Notes under the pieces: generated by a model
Database searches by the model: none
What the model saw: only the letters and a program-made list of their open reading frames with translations
What the model was told of the DNA's origin: nothing
Position numbers and translations under genes: made by a program
NCBI GenBank assembly: GCA_964518565.1
Contig: CAZFGX010000001.1
Coordinates: 524,470 to 588,469, forward strand
Direction of reading: 5' to 3'
DNA: 64,000 bases
Source: an uncultured Gammaproteobacteria bacterium
GTDB taxonomy: Bacteria; Patescibacteriota; Microgenomatia; CAZETR01; Amesbacteraceae
In this document: positions 47,428 through 57,106 of the stretch, piece by piece
Layout: every line of letters begins with the position of its first letter
Numbering within the stretch: position 1 is the stretch's first letter

Positions 47428-48539
47428 TTAATACTCCCTCCACGCATCCGATCCAATACTGGCGCAGCTTCAGTCTGATCTGCCCAATGAGTAGTCAAAT
47501 CCTTTGTCATTATTACTGGATAATACTGAACATCAACCAATCCAGATGAAGAAAAGACATACTTTCCCACTACTCCCTCTGTAGTCTCTTTAGACCATTG
47601 CTGATCAAAAATAAAATTACCATGCGAATATGCAATAAGTTTTCCTTTATAAAATTCCAACCCCTGAACCCAGTGAGGATGATTTCCCACAATTAAATCG
47701 GCTCCTGCATCTACAGCCAAATGTGCCAACTGCTTTTGTTGTGGTGTAGCTTTATTGGTATATTCCACACCCCAATGAAATTGAACAATCAAAAAATCCA
47801 CTCGAGATTTTGCCGTACGAATTTGAGCTCTAACATCCTCCGGATCTGCCCATGAAATACCTGCTGTGCGTGGTGGTATATCATCAAATCCCAAAAAACC
47901 AAACTTCTTTCCATTTCTTTCCATCACCACCACATCTCCCACACCAGCAACCGACATACCCGCATTTCGTAATGCAGATATTGTGCTCACTATCCCGTCT
48001 CCACCTTGGTTACCTGCATGATTATTAGCAAAATTTACTACATCGACTCCAGCAGTTTTCAAACCCTCGACATTTTCTACATCACCACAAAAAGACATAC
48101 CCACGGTAGTTACTTTACAATTAGAAGTTAGTGGTGTCTCTAAATTAATAAAAGTAATGTCTCCTGAAGCCAATTCTTTTTGTGTCTGAGCTAGAGGATA
48201 TAAACTATCATATTTCTCACGAATTTTTGCATTTACCGACCTTGCAAGCAAAACGTCTCCGGTTACTAATATTGTAGTTTCTCCAGGTTGTTTTTTAATC
48301 AATTGGTCAATTGCGCGATATTCAAGCATTGTCTCAACAGTCAAAATTCGTGGGGCAGGAGTAGCAGTAGCCACCACCTGTTGAGCAGACTGATTCTGAG
48401 TTGCAGACTGATCTATAGCTTTTTCATTTAGATTATTTTTGGTTAGCAATATCAAACTTGTCACTGAATAGCCAACCGAAAATATCACCAAACCCCAAAT
48501 CAAAACTTGCCAATAACTACGCCATAACTTTCGCATCAC
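47424..48539 (-). CDS. CapA/PGA_cap family metallophosphoesterase
   Basis: GDV, NLE, ANNH, HWG.EY, GNHPHWVQ, YSHGNF.FDQ. Confidence 0.92.
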   Translation of the reverse strand: MMRKLWRSYWQVLIWGLVIFSVGYSVTSLILLTKNNLNEKAIDQSATQNQSAQQVVATATPAPRILTVETMLEYRAIDQLIKKQPGETTILVTGDVLLARSVNAKIREKYDSLYPLAQTQKELASGDITFINLETPLTSNCKVTTVGMSFCGDVENVEGLKTAGVDVVNFANNHAGNQGGDGIVSTISALRNAGMSVAGVGDVVVMERNGKKFGFLGFDDIPPRTAGISWADPEDVRAQIRTAKSRVDFLIVQFHWGVEYTNKATPQQKQLAHLAVDAGADLIVGNHPHWVQGLEFYKGKLIAYSHGNFIFDQQWSKETTEGVVGKYVFSSSGLVDVQYYPVIMTKDLTTHWADQTEAAPVLDRMRGGSIK

Positions 48540-48568
48540 TACATCATACCGAAATACACCTAGATCTG

Positions 48569-49759
48569 TTAGTGCAAATGAGCAACTCTTAATTTATGCA
48601 AAACTTGGATCACCAAATATCCACACCCTAAGGAAATAAATCCTCCTATCAAAAAAGGCATTGCTAGACTTGCTTCTGCCAAATACCCTCCTACAATTGG
48701 ACCAAATATCATACCTAAACTCACATATGAAGCATTCACACCCATGATCTCACCTTGAGATCTTGCATCCACTTCTCGTGACAATAGTGAACTTATCATT
48801 GGCCCAACAAATGCGTTTGCCAATGACAATACTACTGATACGGCCATAAAAATAAGTGCTTGGTAGCGACCAAAAAACAAACCAATAAACGCTACACCAA
48901 CCAAAAACAGTGAATACATGAGAGCTTTTTGATCACCAAATCGTTTAACTACTGCTGGAATGATCACTGCCTGAGCCAAGAAACCAACAATACCAAATAT
49001 AGTAAAGTTGACCGAAATTTGTGAAGCATCAAGTTGCAACAATTTCACTGATACTGGTTGGTAAGCAAAAATAAACAAACCAAAAGCAAAAGAGTAAGCG
49101 AGGGAAACAAATAAGGTTTTGCCCACATTTTTATCAACCAATGTTTTGGCCAACGCTACAAAATCAAACAGCTTTTTCTTCGAGATTTCCCCCATATGTT
49201 TGTTGGTTTCAGGCAAAATAGCTATAGTCATTGCTATTGCCACAACAGTAACCACAGTAGCCACCCAAAATGGAATAGAAACTCCCATTTTTACTGTCAA
49301 TGCAGAAATAGCCGGACCAAACACAAAACCAAAATTAAACGCTCCAGAAATAATACCAAAACCCTTTGGTCGTTCAGCAGGCTCAAGCGAGTCTGAGATA
49401 ACTGCTGAAGCTACAGGAATATTGCCTGCAGTAATACCATCCAAAGCCCGGGCGACAAACAACCACACAGCATTTTGTGCTAACGCAGCTAGTACAAATG
49501 ACAAGGCCGTACCAATCAAAGACACAACAAGGAGGGGTTTTCGTCCGTACTTGTCTGATAAGACTCCAATAATCGGTGCCGACAAAAACGAACACAAAGA
49601 GAAAATGGCAAACAACATGCCATTTTGAAAATCTGTTAGGCCAAATCGCTGGGAATAACTGTATAAAATCGGAATAATAATCCCATATCCCAAAGCATTA
49701 ACTACAGCAATTACCGCAATAACTAGTAACGTTTTGTTGTTTTTTATAAGTGAAAACAT
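48569..49759 (-). CDS. TetA-like MFS transporter
   Basis: G.LSDKYGRK, RALDG, GF.FGP; about 12 TM. Confidence 0.92.
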   Translation of the reverse strand: MFSLIKNNKTLLVIAVIAVVNALGYGIIIPILYSYSQRFGLTDFQNGMLFAIFSLCSFLSAPIIGVLSDKYGRKPLLVVSLIGTALSFVLAALAQNAVWLFVARALDGITAGNIPVASAVISDSLEPAERPKGFGIISGAFNFGFVFGPAISALTVKMGVSIPFWVATVVTVVAIAMTIAILPETNKHMGEISKKKLFDFVALAKTLVDKNVGKTLFVSLAYSFAFGLFIFAYQPVSVKLLQLDASQISVNFTIFGIVGFLAQAVIIPAVVKRFGDQKALMYSLFLVGVAFIGLFFGRYQALIFMAVSVVLSLANAFVGPMISSLLSREVDARSQGEIMGVNASYVSLGMIFGPIVGGYLAEASLAMPFLIGGFISLGCGYLVIQVLHKLRVAHLH

Positions 49760-49817
49760 GAATCTATAATTCTACCCGAAAATAATACAAAGCTCAAGTA
49801 GTATATAATAGCGATGT

Positions 49818-50081
49818 ATGGACAAATTAATCATAAAACGAGACGGAAATACCGAACCATTTAATATTGATAAGATCAATCGAGTACTCACTGCGGCAGG
49901 CCTTGAAAAAACTCATATCGACACAGTCACAAAAAATGTACTGGAGTGGCTTTCTCAGCAAAATACCCCTTCAGTTAGTTCCACACAACTCCGTGAACAG
50001 ATCATTGCCCAACTACATGAAGTGGACCACTACATCGAAGGCCTGTACCGCTGGTACGAAAAGACCAAAGATACGCAATAA
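49818..50081 (+). CDS. Stand-alone ATP-cone protein
   Basis: IIKRDG..EPF...KI...L..AG. Confidence 0.85.
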   Translation: MDKLIIKRDGNTEPFNIDKINRVLTAAGLEKTHIDTVTKNVLEWLSQQNTPSVSSTQLREQIIAQLHEVDHYIEGLYRWYEKTKDTQ

Positions 50082-50097
50082 ATGCTAAGATAAATGC

Positions 50098-50856
50098 ATG
50101 ATCCGTTCACATTTATTATCGATTATTATCGTTATCGGCGTCACTTGCTTAGTCACCTACAAAGCCTCATTTCTAAAAAATAAACGTGTTTTTCGACTTT
50201 CCTTGTTTGAAATCCTGTACATGATTCTTTTGCCAGGAATTATTTCAGTTTTAATCAATTCATACGTCAACGGTATTTCTGCCTTACCATTATCTACATA
50301 CGCTGTACTTTCAGATGGCGTACTCAAAAATATCATTATGCTTGCCATTTTATTTACGTATGGTGGGCAAGTGGTTCACATCGTGTCCAAGTCTCTCTTC
50401 TTGGCTGGTCTAAAACACGACGACTCAGAAGCTGCTCAACTAAACGAGTTTCTCCATCTCCCCTTCTCCCACAATCTCATTTATAGCGGATTGTTTCTTT
50501 TGGTAGTCAGTTTGACTCTCCTAGAACTAGGCCACGTGCCGGCATACGAATACGACAAATTGTGGATTCCTATTACTCGCGGTTTAGTTTTAGGTGCAGT
50601 ATTTGTGGGAGCCATGTATAGATACATTCGTCCCGACGAAGAGGAGGATTATCCAGGCAGACGTTGGGCAGACTTTAAAGCTACTTTTATCCTCGGTTGG
50701 GTAGGCACAATTATTATTGCCTACATCGTAACTAAATTCGACACCAATCTCAAAGAATATCAGCTCGTGTTACCCTCTCTTTTAGGCTTCGCCGTCATAA
50801 ATATCGTCAACGTTGCACTATTTTTCCGGCATGTAAAAAACCGCAAAAAAACTTAA
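50098..50856 (+). CDS. Membrane hypothetical protein
   Basis: About 7 TM; NEFLHLPFSH motif. Confidence 0.75.
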   Translation: MIRSHLLSIIIVIGVTCLVTYKASFLKNKRVFRLSLFEILYMILLPGIISVLINSYVNGISALPLSTYAVLSDGVLKNIIMLAILFTYGGQVVHIVSKSLFLAGLKHDDSEAAQLNEFLHLPFSHNLIYSGLFLLVVSLTLLELGHVPAYEYDKLWIPITRGLVLGAVFVGAMYRYIRPDEEEDYPGRRWADFKATFILGWVGTIIIAYIVTKFDTNLKEYQLVLPSLLGFAVINIVNVALFFRHVKNRKKT

Positions 50857-51968
50857 ATATACTTCTTCCCCTTCAATTTTTCCGGCAACAAACTTTCATT
50901 GTCATACATTTTGTATCCCTTACCGTAATTTAGCTCTTTCATTAATTTTGTTGGTGCATTGCGTAAATTCATAGGAATTGGCAAATTTCCATATCTCTGC
51001 ACATCTGCCTTTGCTTGCTGCAATGCGTCGTATGCACGCCGATCCTTTTTACACTGAGCCAAATATACGACTCCTTCAGCCAGAGCAATCGCACACTCAG
51101 GGTAGCCAATTGTTTCACAAGCACGAAATACAGAATTAGCCACCACAAGTGCCGTAGGCATTGCCAGACCCACATCTTCAGAAGCGAAAATCACCATTCT
51201 TCTCGCAATAAACAATGGATCTTCACCTGCTTCAATCATTCGTGCCAGATAATAGATTGCCGCATCTGCATCCGAACCTCTCATGGACTTAATAAACGCG
51301 GAAATAGTGTTGTAATGCTCTTCGCCAACCTTGTCATAGCGCAAATGTCGAGACTGCAAAGTATCTTGTAAATGTTGGATATTAACACTGCCATACAATG
51401 CCTGTGTAGCTTCCAACATTGAAATCATTTGTCTAGCATCTCCATTCGCCAGATTAATGAGCAACTCTCGAACATCGGCCGAAATATTTATTTCTGTACG
51501 GTCCAAAATCTTTCCCATATCCTCACTAGTTAATTCCTGTAAAACAAATACTCGAGTACGAGACAGAAGTGGTGCAATAACTTCAAAACTAGGATTCTCT
51601 GTCGTTGCCCCTATTAATAACAATTCACCTCGTTCAACGTACGGCAATAAAAAATCCTGTTGAGACTTAGTAAATCGATGTATTTCATCCAAAAACAAAA
51701 TCCGTTTTTTGCCCAATATACTTCGAATGTCATCTTTTCCCGCACTCACCGCAGACAATTCAACCATCTCTTCACCTAATGCCTGGGCATAAATTCTCGC
51801 CAATGTCGTCTTACCTACCCCGGGCGGTCCCCATAAAATAAAACTCATCGGATGTTTTTGTTCGATAGCAATTCGTAACGGTTTGCCAAGGCCTACCAAA
51901 TGCGATTGTCCAATATATTGATCAAGAGTTTTTGGTCTCAACAATTCTGCCAGAGGTACATTATTCAT
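50853..51968 (-). CDS. rarA: Replication-associated recombination protein A
   Basis: PLAE.LRP, WGPPGVGKTT, DEIHRF, ATTENP, ISAFIKSMRGSD, ASEDVG. Confidence 0.96.
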   Translation of the reverse strand: MNNVPLAELLRPKTLDQYIGQSHLVGLGKPLRIAIEQKHPMSFILWGPPGVGKTTLARIYAQALGEEMVELSAVSAGKDDIRSILGKKRILFLDEIHRFTKSQQDFLLPYVERGELLLIGATTENPSFEVIAPLLSRTRVFVLQELTSEDMGKILDRTEINISADVRELLINLANGDARQMISMLEATQALYGSVNIQHLQDTLQSRHLRYDKVGEEHYNTISAFIKSMRGSDADAAIYYLARMIEAGEDPLFIARRMVIFASEDVGLAMPTALVVANSVFRACETIGYPECAIALAEGVVYLAQCKKDRRAYDALQQAKADVQRYGNLPIPMNLRNAPTKLMKELNYGKGYKMYDNESLLPEKLKGKKYI

Positions 51969-51972
51969 GTAT

Positions 51973-52239
51973 CTATTTTACATTTCTTGTCATCGCGTCG
52001 CGAAAGTAAGCTAATTCTCCAGTTTGATCTACCAGAGTATTAATACCCGTTCCGTCTATATAAGTAATTCGAGCAGTAAATTCAGAATCACCAGGTACAA
52101 CATAGGTTACTCGACGAGCTGAAAAATCAAACTGCGGCTTAGTAGCTTCATATGTTGCCAGTCCCACAATTGCCGTCGCCAAAATTACCATACCCCGAAC
52201 AATAGTCTTATACTCTGTATCTTCTCGCTCCTGTTTCAT
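51973..52239 (-). CDS. Small single-TM hypothetical protein
   Basis: ATG directly after the HMA gene stop; one TM. Confidence 0.55.
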   Translation of the reverse strand: MKQEREDTEYKTIVRGMVILATAIVGLATYEATKPQFDFSARRVTYVVPGDSEFTARITYIDGTGINTLVDQTGELAYFRDAMTRNVK

Positions 52240-52240
52240 A

Positions 52241-52444
52241 TCACCCCACAACGGTATATCCCTGTTTCTCAATTACGCTTTTTATAAGGTCATCACTGAT
52301 GTTTTCGGGTCGATGATCAATCGTCACGATTTGTTTTGCATAATCGGCCCTTGCAATCACTCCTATATCCTCTAGCTCACCTTCAATAACCAACGAACAT
52401 GCCGTACAGTGCATTCCTGAAATCGTAAATATTTTCTTTGCCAT
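52241..52444 (-). CDS. Heavy-metal-associated (CopZ-like) protein
   Basis: ISGMHCTAC ... GY. Confidence 0.9.
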   Translation of the reverse strand: MAKKIFTISGMHCTACSLVIEGELEDIGVIARADYAKQIVTIDHRPENISDDLIKSVIEKQGYTVVG

Positions 52445-52445
52445 A

Positions 52446-53447
52446 TCAATTCACCACAGTAAATTCTCCGGGGTACATTCCCATACCACATGAATAAGCC
52501 AGTATTCCCGGCTTGTCTGGAGCAACAAACTCCACTTGAGCAGATTTACCCATACCTACAATTTTCGACACGTTTAAAGAAGGAATAGTAAATGCCTGCT
52601 GACAACCAGTAGCATTAATATTTTCTAAATGTAAGGTAATTTTTTTACCCGCAGCAAGGACAGGTCTATCTACTCTATAGCCATTTCCAGTAATCTGAAT
52701 ATTTACCTGCGTCACCGGCGGCAACAAATTTACTGGACAAAAGGTAATCGTACAATAAAACGACCGCGCAACTCGCTGAGCATATACTGGACTTCCTAGT
52801 ACAATTGCAGAAGAATTAATATTCCACAATCCCAAGCCCAAAACTACCAAACCCGCCACTCTAGGTAGCCAACGACTACTAGCCGCAATTGCTTTCGCAA
52901 ATCCCATACCCAAAATTGTAAACATTGGCATCGTCCCTACCACAAATACCGCTAACAACACAGCTCCAGACCAAGCATTACCAGTCGTTATCGCCTGAGT
53001 CATAATAGCTTGTGTTGCCCCACAAGGAATCAAAACCGTAAGAACCCCTAACAATATTGGTGCCCATACTTGTCCTGATTTAGATTCACTTCTCAATCTT
53101 CGACCCAACCATCGAGGAGGCGTGAGTAAAAATCTGCGAAAAAATGGATGAACATCAAGCATTGCCAAAGCCACCCCACACATGTATGCAGCAGCAACCA
53201 GTTGCAACCAGCCCATTTGTCGTACAGACAAAAACAATACACTTCCCAACCCCCCTAAAAACGCCCCAAAAATAATATGTACGAACAATTTTGAAATCAA
53301 AAATCCACCAATACCCAGCCATCGACTCGAAGTATGTTCATAGCGTTTGTTGCCAGCCAAAGCAGTTGCCAACAACCCTCCTTGTACTGCAGCGCAGGTA
53401 ATTCCACCTGTAAACAATCCTGCCAAAAAAACGGCTCCCAGATTCAT
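52446..53447 (-). CDS. DsbD_2-like TM domain plus cupredoxin-like domain protein
   Basis: TCAAVQGG, IPCG in TM region; C-terminal GC...YSCGMGMY.G. Confidence 0.85.
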   Translation of the reverse strand: MNLGAVFLAGLFTGGITCAAVQGGLLATALAGNKRYEHTSSRWLGIGGFLISKLFVHIIFGAFLGGLGSVLFLSVRQMGWLQLVAAAYMCGVALAMLDVHPFFRRFLLTPPRWLGRRLRSESKSGQVWAPILLGVLTVLIPCGATQAIMTQAITTGNAWSGAVLLAVFVVGTMPMFTILGMGFAKAIAASSRWLPRVAGLVVLGLGLWNINSSAIVLGSPVYAQRVARSFYCTITFCPVNLLPPVTQVNIQITGNGYRVDRPVLAAGKKITLHLENINATGCQQAFTIPSLNVSKIVGMGKSAQVEFVAPDKPGILAYSCGMGMYPGEFTVVN

Positions 53448-53452
53448 AAAGT

Positions 53453-54166
53453 CTATTCTACCAAACGCTCGGGAGAAACCACAGGATACTCAGTATCCAA
53501 CAGTCCTGCCACTTCATCAATACTCTGAACTACCCAGTTTGCTCCAGCTGCTTCCAATTCATCCGCCGGAGCATATGTCGACACCAATCCCACCACATTA
53601 CAACCCGCCTCCAATGCCGATCGAACACCTGCCAAAGAATCCTCTATCACCAAACACTCAGTTGGATCTACACCCATTTTTTGCGCAGTAAGTATATATA
53701 TTTCTGGATCAGGCTTTTGTACTAATACTTCTTCACCTGTAGTTGTGACATCAAAAGCCAATACCAAATTCAACTGCTCTAATTCCTCCTCGACCACATT
53801 CCATCCAGTACCAGTAGCCAACGCTGTCAGGCAACCTCGCTGTTTCGCATACTCGATTAAATTCTCTACACCATCTCGAACCCGAATAGTATCCGCAGTT
53901 CGCTCTGTTAATAAATACGCATCATGTGTTTTAGATACCAAACTATCCACCATCGGCTTTGGATCCATTCGTGCCACTATTCGCCGCCAATTATTCTCAA
54001 GCCCTATTCCCGGTTCATGCCACCATCCAAATGGATATTTTACTAGTATCGATGTATCAAATTGCTCAGTCCGAACAACTGTTGAAAATGCTTGTTCCCA
54101 ATCATCTTCATTATCCAAAACCGTTCCATCTAAATCAAAAATTATTGCTAGTAATTTGTCATGCAT
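53453..54166 (-). CDS. HAD-family phosphatase
   Basis: FDLDGT, KPDPEIY, IEDS..G. Confidence 0.92.
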   Translation of the reverse strand: MHDKLLAIIFDLDGTVLDNEDDWEQAFSTVVRTEQFDTSILVKYPFGWWHEPGIGLENNWRRIVARMDPKPMVDSLVSKTHDAYLLTERTADTIRVRDGVENLIEYAKQRGCLTALATGTGWNVVEEELEQLNLVLAFDVTTTGEEVLVQKPDPEIYILTAQKMGVDPTECLVIEDSLAGVRSALEAGCNVVGLVSTYAPADELEAAGANWVVQSIDEVAGLLDTEYPVVSPERLVE

Positions 54167-54167
54167 A

Positions 54168-54806
54168 TTAGTTTTCTGCAACAATTCGCAACCGACCGCC
54201 ATTAAACACGGCACTCTCAGTCGTCAAACTTTTTACTTGAACTCGAATTAGATTTTTTCCAGACCAAAATCCAACCTGTCCAGATTGGACGATTGTACTC
54301 GAATTACTATTGGTTTGCACTTCACTACCCTGAACCCCTATTCCATGAGTAGCATCAAACAGCCTGGCATATGCCATACCACTCCCATTTACCAATTGCA
54401 TAGTCGACTCAAAAACGACTTCCTTAATACCTGGATAATCCTTTGTATCAAAATAAAAGTCTGTTCCAGCTACATCCATCCATGACTGCTGCAAAGAACT
54501 TCCACCACTACCTGGTACGGTGATATAGGACACTCGACGAACTTTGGCTACTGTTGCTACTACAGGTGTACTTGTCGGGGCAGGCGATATCTTTGTCGGC
54601 AAAACGGCAATTGTTGGGCTAGAGGTAACCGCTGGTGACATCTTCATATCTATATACGCCCTACAACTAGCTCCACACTCGTCAACTACGGAGCTCTTCG
54701 AGACCGACACTGGTTTGGTATAAATCTGTTTGTATACCAAATACCCCAACACAATATTTACCACAAATACATCAACCCAAAACAACCAAGAAAATACAGT
54801 TTTCAT
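54168..54806 (-). CDS. Membrane-anchored hypothetical protein
   Basis: TM, CxxxC, PT-rich linker, beta-rich C-terminal domain. Confidence 0.75.
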   Translation of the reverse strand: MKTVFSWLFWVDVFVVNIVLGYLVYKQIYTKPVSVSKSSVVDECGASCRAYIDMKMSPAVTSSPTIAVLPTKISPAPTSTPVVATVAKVRRVSYITVPGSGGSSLQQSWMDVAGTDFYFDTKDYPGIKEVVFESTMQLVNGSGMAYARLFDATHGIGVQGSEVQTNSNSSTIVQSGQVGFWSGKNLIRVQVKSLTTESAVFNGGRLRIVAEN

Positions 54807-54819
54807 AAATAAAATATGT

Positions 54820-56229
54820 TTACTTCTTTTTATACACAGGTCCAGATTTGGAATCCATGACTATCCAACCCTGTTTTTCGATTTCCACCCGCACAGTATC
54901 GGCATCGACATACCTAGCCTGCAAGCGCAATTCTTCGCGCAATGTTCCCAACTTTACTATTGCCTCAGGTACCACTATTTCAACATGTGCTTGTTCCAAT
55001 CCTAAACCCAAAATTTGATCCCAATCTAATAATTGGTCGAGTTTGTCATAATTTGGAATATTACTTTTCAATAATTCCCACATAACAGCCATTGCAGAAG
55101 GAATCGCCAAATCATCAGAGATCGCTGCCAAAAACCGCTCTCGAAATCCATCCAGCTTTTTCAGTTTGTCTCGCGAAAGTTCAGTTCTGACTGTGTCTTT
55201 TTTTGCCTCACGAACAAAATCAACCAATTTATCATAAGCACTCTGGGCAGCAGCCAATGCCGACCAAGTAAAATTCATCGGGCTCCGATAATGAGCAGTC
55301 AAATATAGATATCGTAAAGCCCGAGCCGAAAAACCTTTTTCCACCACATCTTCCACCCGATAGACATTTCCGAGCGACTTGCTCATCTTTTGGCCATCAA
55401 CATTTAAAAATGCATAATGTAACCAATACCTCGCAAATGGTTTACCTGTAGCAGCTTCAGACTGCGCCACTTCGTTTGGGTGATGGACAGGCAAGTGGTC
55501 TTCGCCACCAGTATGAATATCAAATGTTTCACCCAAATATTTCATAGCCATAGCCGAACATTCCACATGCCAACCAGGGAATCCTTCACCCCACGGAGAT
55601 GGCCAATACATGACATGATCCACAAATCGACCAACACGTTTAAACCACAAAGCAAAATCCTCCGGATGTTTTTTATGCTCTCCTGTATGTACCCCTTCAC
55701 GAACAGCTACATGTTTTCCAGCCAAATATTGTCCAAATAAACCATCATATCTAGGAAATTTTGCCACATCAAAATACACAGCTTCCTCAGTTTCGTAGGC
55801 AAAACCTTTATCTACCAAGGTCTGCACCAAAGCAATTTGCTCTGGTATATGTTCAGTTGCTTTGGAGGAAATAGTGGGTCGAAGTATTCCGAGTAAATCC
55901 ATAGAATCAAAATGAGCCTGGGTAAAAAATTTAGCTACTTCCCACGCAGTCTTACCAAATTTTTTTGCTCCTTTTTCCATTTTATCTTCACCATCATCAC
56001 CATCAGACACCAAATGCCCCACATCAGTAATATTTTGTACATGAGTTACTTCATAACCAAAATAAGTCAATACTCTGCGTAATACGTCATCGTACGTATA
56101 TTTCCTACCGTGACCAATATGATCATAATCGTATACAGTGGGACCACAGGTATACATACCAACCTTACCCTTTTTAATTGATTCAAAATCTTCGACAGTC
56201 CGAGAGAAAGAATTATAAATTCGCATCAA
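54820..56229 (-). CDS. cysS: Cysteine--tRNA ligase
   Basis: CGPTVY, HIGH, PGWHVECSAM, KMSKS. Confidence 0.97.
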   Translation of the reverse strand: MMRIYNSFSRTVEDFESIKKGKVGMYTCGPTVYDYDHIGHGRKYTYDDVLRRVLTYFGYEVTHVQNITDVGHLVSDGDDGEDKMEKGAKKFGKTAWEVAKFFTQAHFDSMDLLGILRPTISSKATEHIPEQIALVQTLVDKGFAYETEEAVYFDVAKFPRYDGLFGQYLAGKHVAVREGVHTGEHKKHPEDFALWFKRVGRFVDHVMYWPSPWGEGFPGWHVECSAMAMKYLGETFDIHTGGEDHLPVHHPNEVAQSEAATGKPFARYWLHYAFLNVDGQKMSKSLGNVYRVEDVVEKGFSARALRYLYLTAHYRSPMNFTWSALAAAQSAYDKLVDFVREAKKDTVRTELSRDKLKKLDGFRERFLAAISDDLAIPSAMAVMWELLKSNIPNYDKLDQLLDWDQILGLGLEQAHVEIVVPEAIVKLGTLREELRLQARYVDADTVRVEIEKQGWIVMDSKSGPVYKKK

Positions 56230-56242
56230 CCAATATTACCAC

Positions 56243-56659
56243 TTAGCGTGATCCGGTTCGCATACCAGTTCTACCTTGTCCACGTCCACCACCGAATCCA
56301 CCTCGACTTTGGAATCCACCACGTCCGCCACCAAAACCACGGTTAGAATTACCAAAATCTCGAGGACCACGATCAAAACCACGTGAATTACCAGCTGGAC
56401 GATCTTCCATAGGTTTAGCCACATTTACAGTTAAAACACGGCCATCTAAATCCTTGCCATGAAACATTTCGATTGCTTTTTGAGCTTCTTCTTCTGAAGC
56501 CATCTCGACAAATCCGAACCCACGAGAACGTCCCGACATCCGGTCAGTAATGACTTTTGCAGAAGTTACATTTCCAGCAGAAGAAAAGGCCTGTGCCAGA
56601 CCATCGTCTGTAGTAGCCCAAGCTAGTCCGCCGACATACAATTTATTGTTCATTGGCAT
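56243..56659 (-). CDS. RRM RNA-binding protein with RGG-rich tail
   Basis: LYVGGL (RNP2), RGFGFVEM (RNP1). Confidence 0.95.
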   Translation of the reverse strand: MPMNNKLYVGGLAWATTDDGLAQAFSSAGNVTSAKVITDRMSGRSRGFGFVEMASEEEAQKAIEMFHGKDLDGRVLTVNVAKPMEDRPAGNSRGFDRGPRDFGNSNRGFGGGRGGFQSRGGFGGGRGQGRTGMRTGSR

Positions 56660-56697
56660 AAGTATACGGCAAATCTAGGCCAGTGTATAGGGGCAAT

Positions 56698-57102
56698 TTA
56701 CCCGGCTACGTTTTTCGGCCCTTCCTGTGAACCCATTTGTCCTTTCAACGCCTTCAGCCAAACCGGGTCTTCCTTTTTCTTTTTTTCTTCTTGTTGTTTT
56801 TTTGCTTGTTTCACTTGCTCCTCTTGCTGAGCTTTCTCTTGTTCCTTTTTTTTCTTTTCCTTACGTATAGTATCAATTTCATTATTAATACGTTGTAAAT
56901 TGGCTTGTGTCTCTTGTTCTACCTGATGTTTTTTATCCGTTGGCAAAGCAGAAATACCCGTCTCTTCCAACAAGGATTTTTGTGGACCCAACACATGCTC
57001 TTTCAAATCTTTAGCGACTTTTTTTGCTCCCTGACTAGCAGAAGTGGTCAAATTTTCAAAACTAGTTTCATAAGGATTTTTGACAACTGATCCTGGAGCC
57101 AT
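56698..57102 (-). CDS. Charged coiled-coil hypothetical protein
   Basis: K/E/Q-rich 134-aa ORF. Confidence 0.65.
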   Translation of the reverse strand: MAPGSVVKNPYETSFENLTTSASQGAKKVAKDLKEHVLGPQKSLLEETGISALPTDKKHQVEQETQANLQRINNEIDTIRKEKKKKEQEKAQQEEQVKQAKKQQEEKKKKEDPVWLKALKGQMGSQEGPKNVAG

Positions 57103-57106
57103 ATTA

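Noticed and set aside
56243-56840. Low-complexity repeats (CCACC runs, T-rich tract)
   Set aside because: Explained by the RGG tail of the RRM protein and the K/E/Q-rich coding sequence on the minus strand
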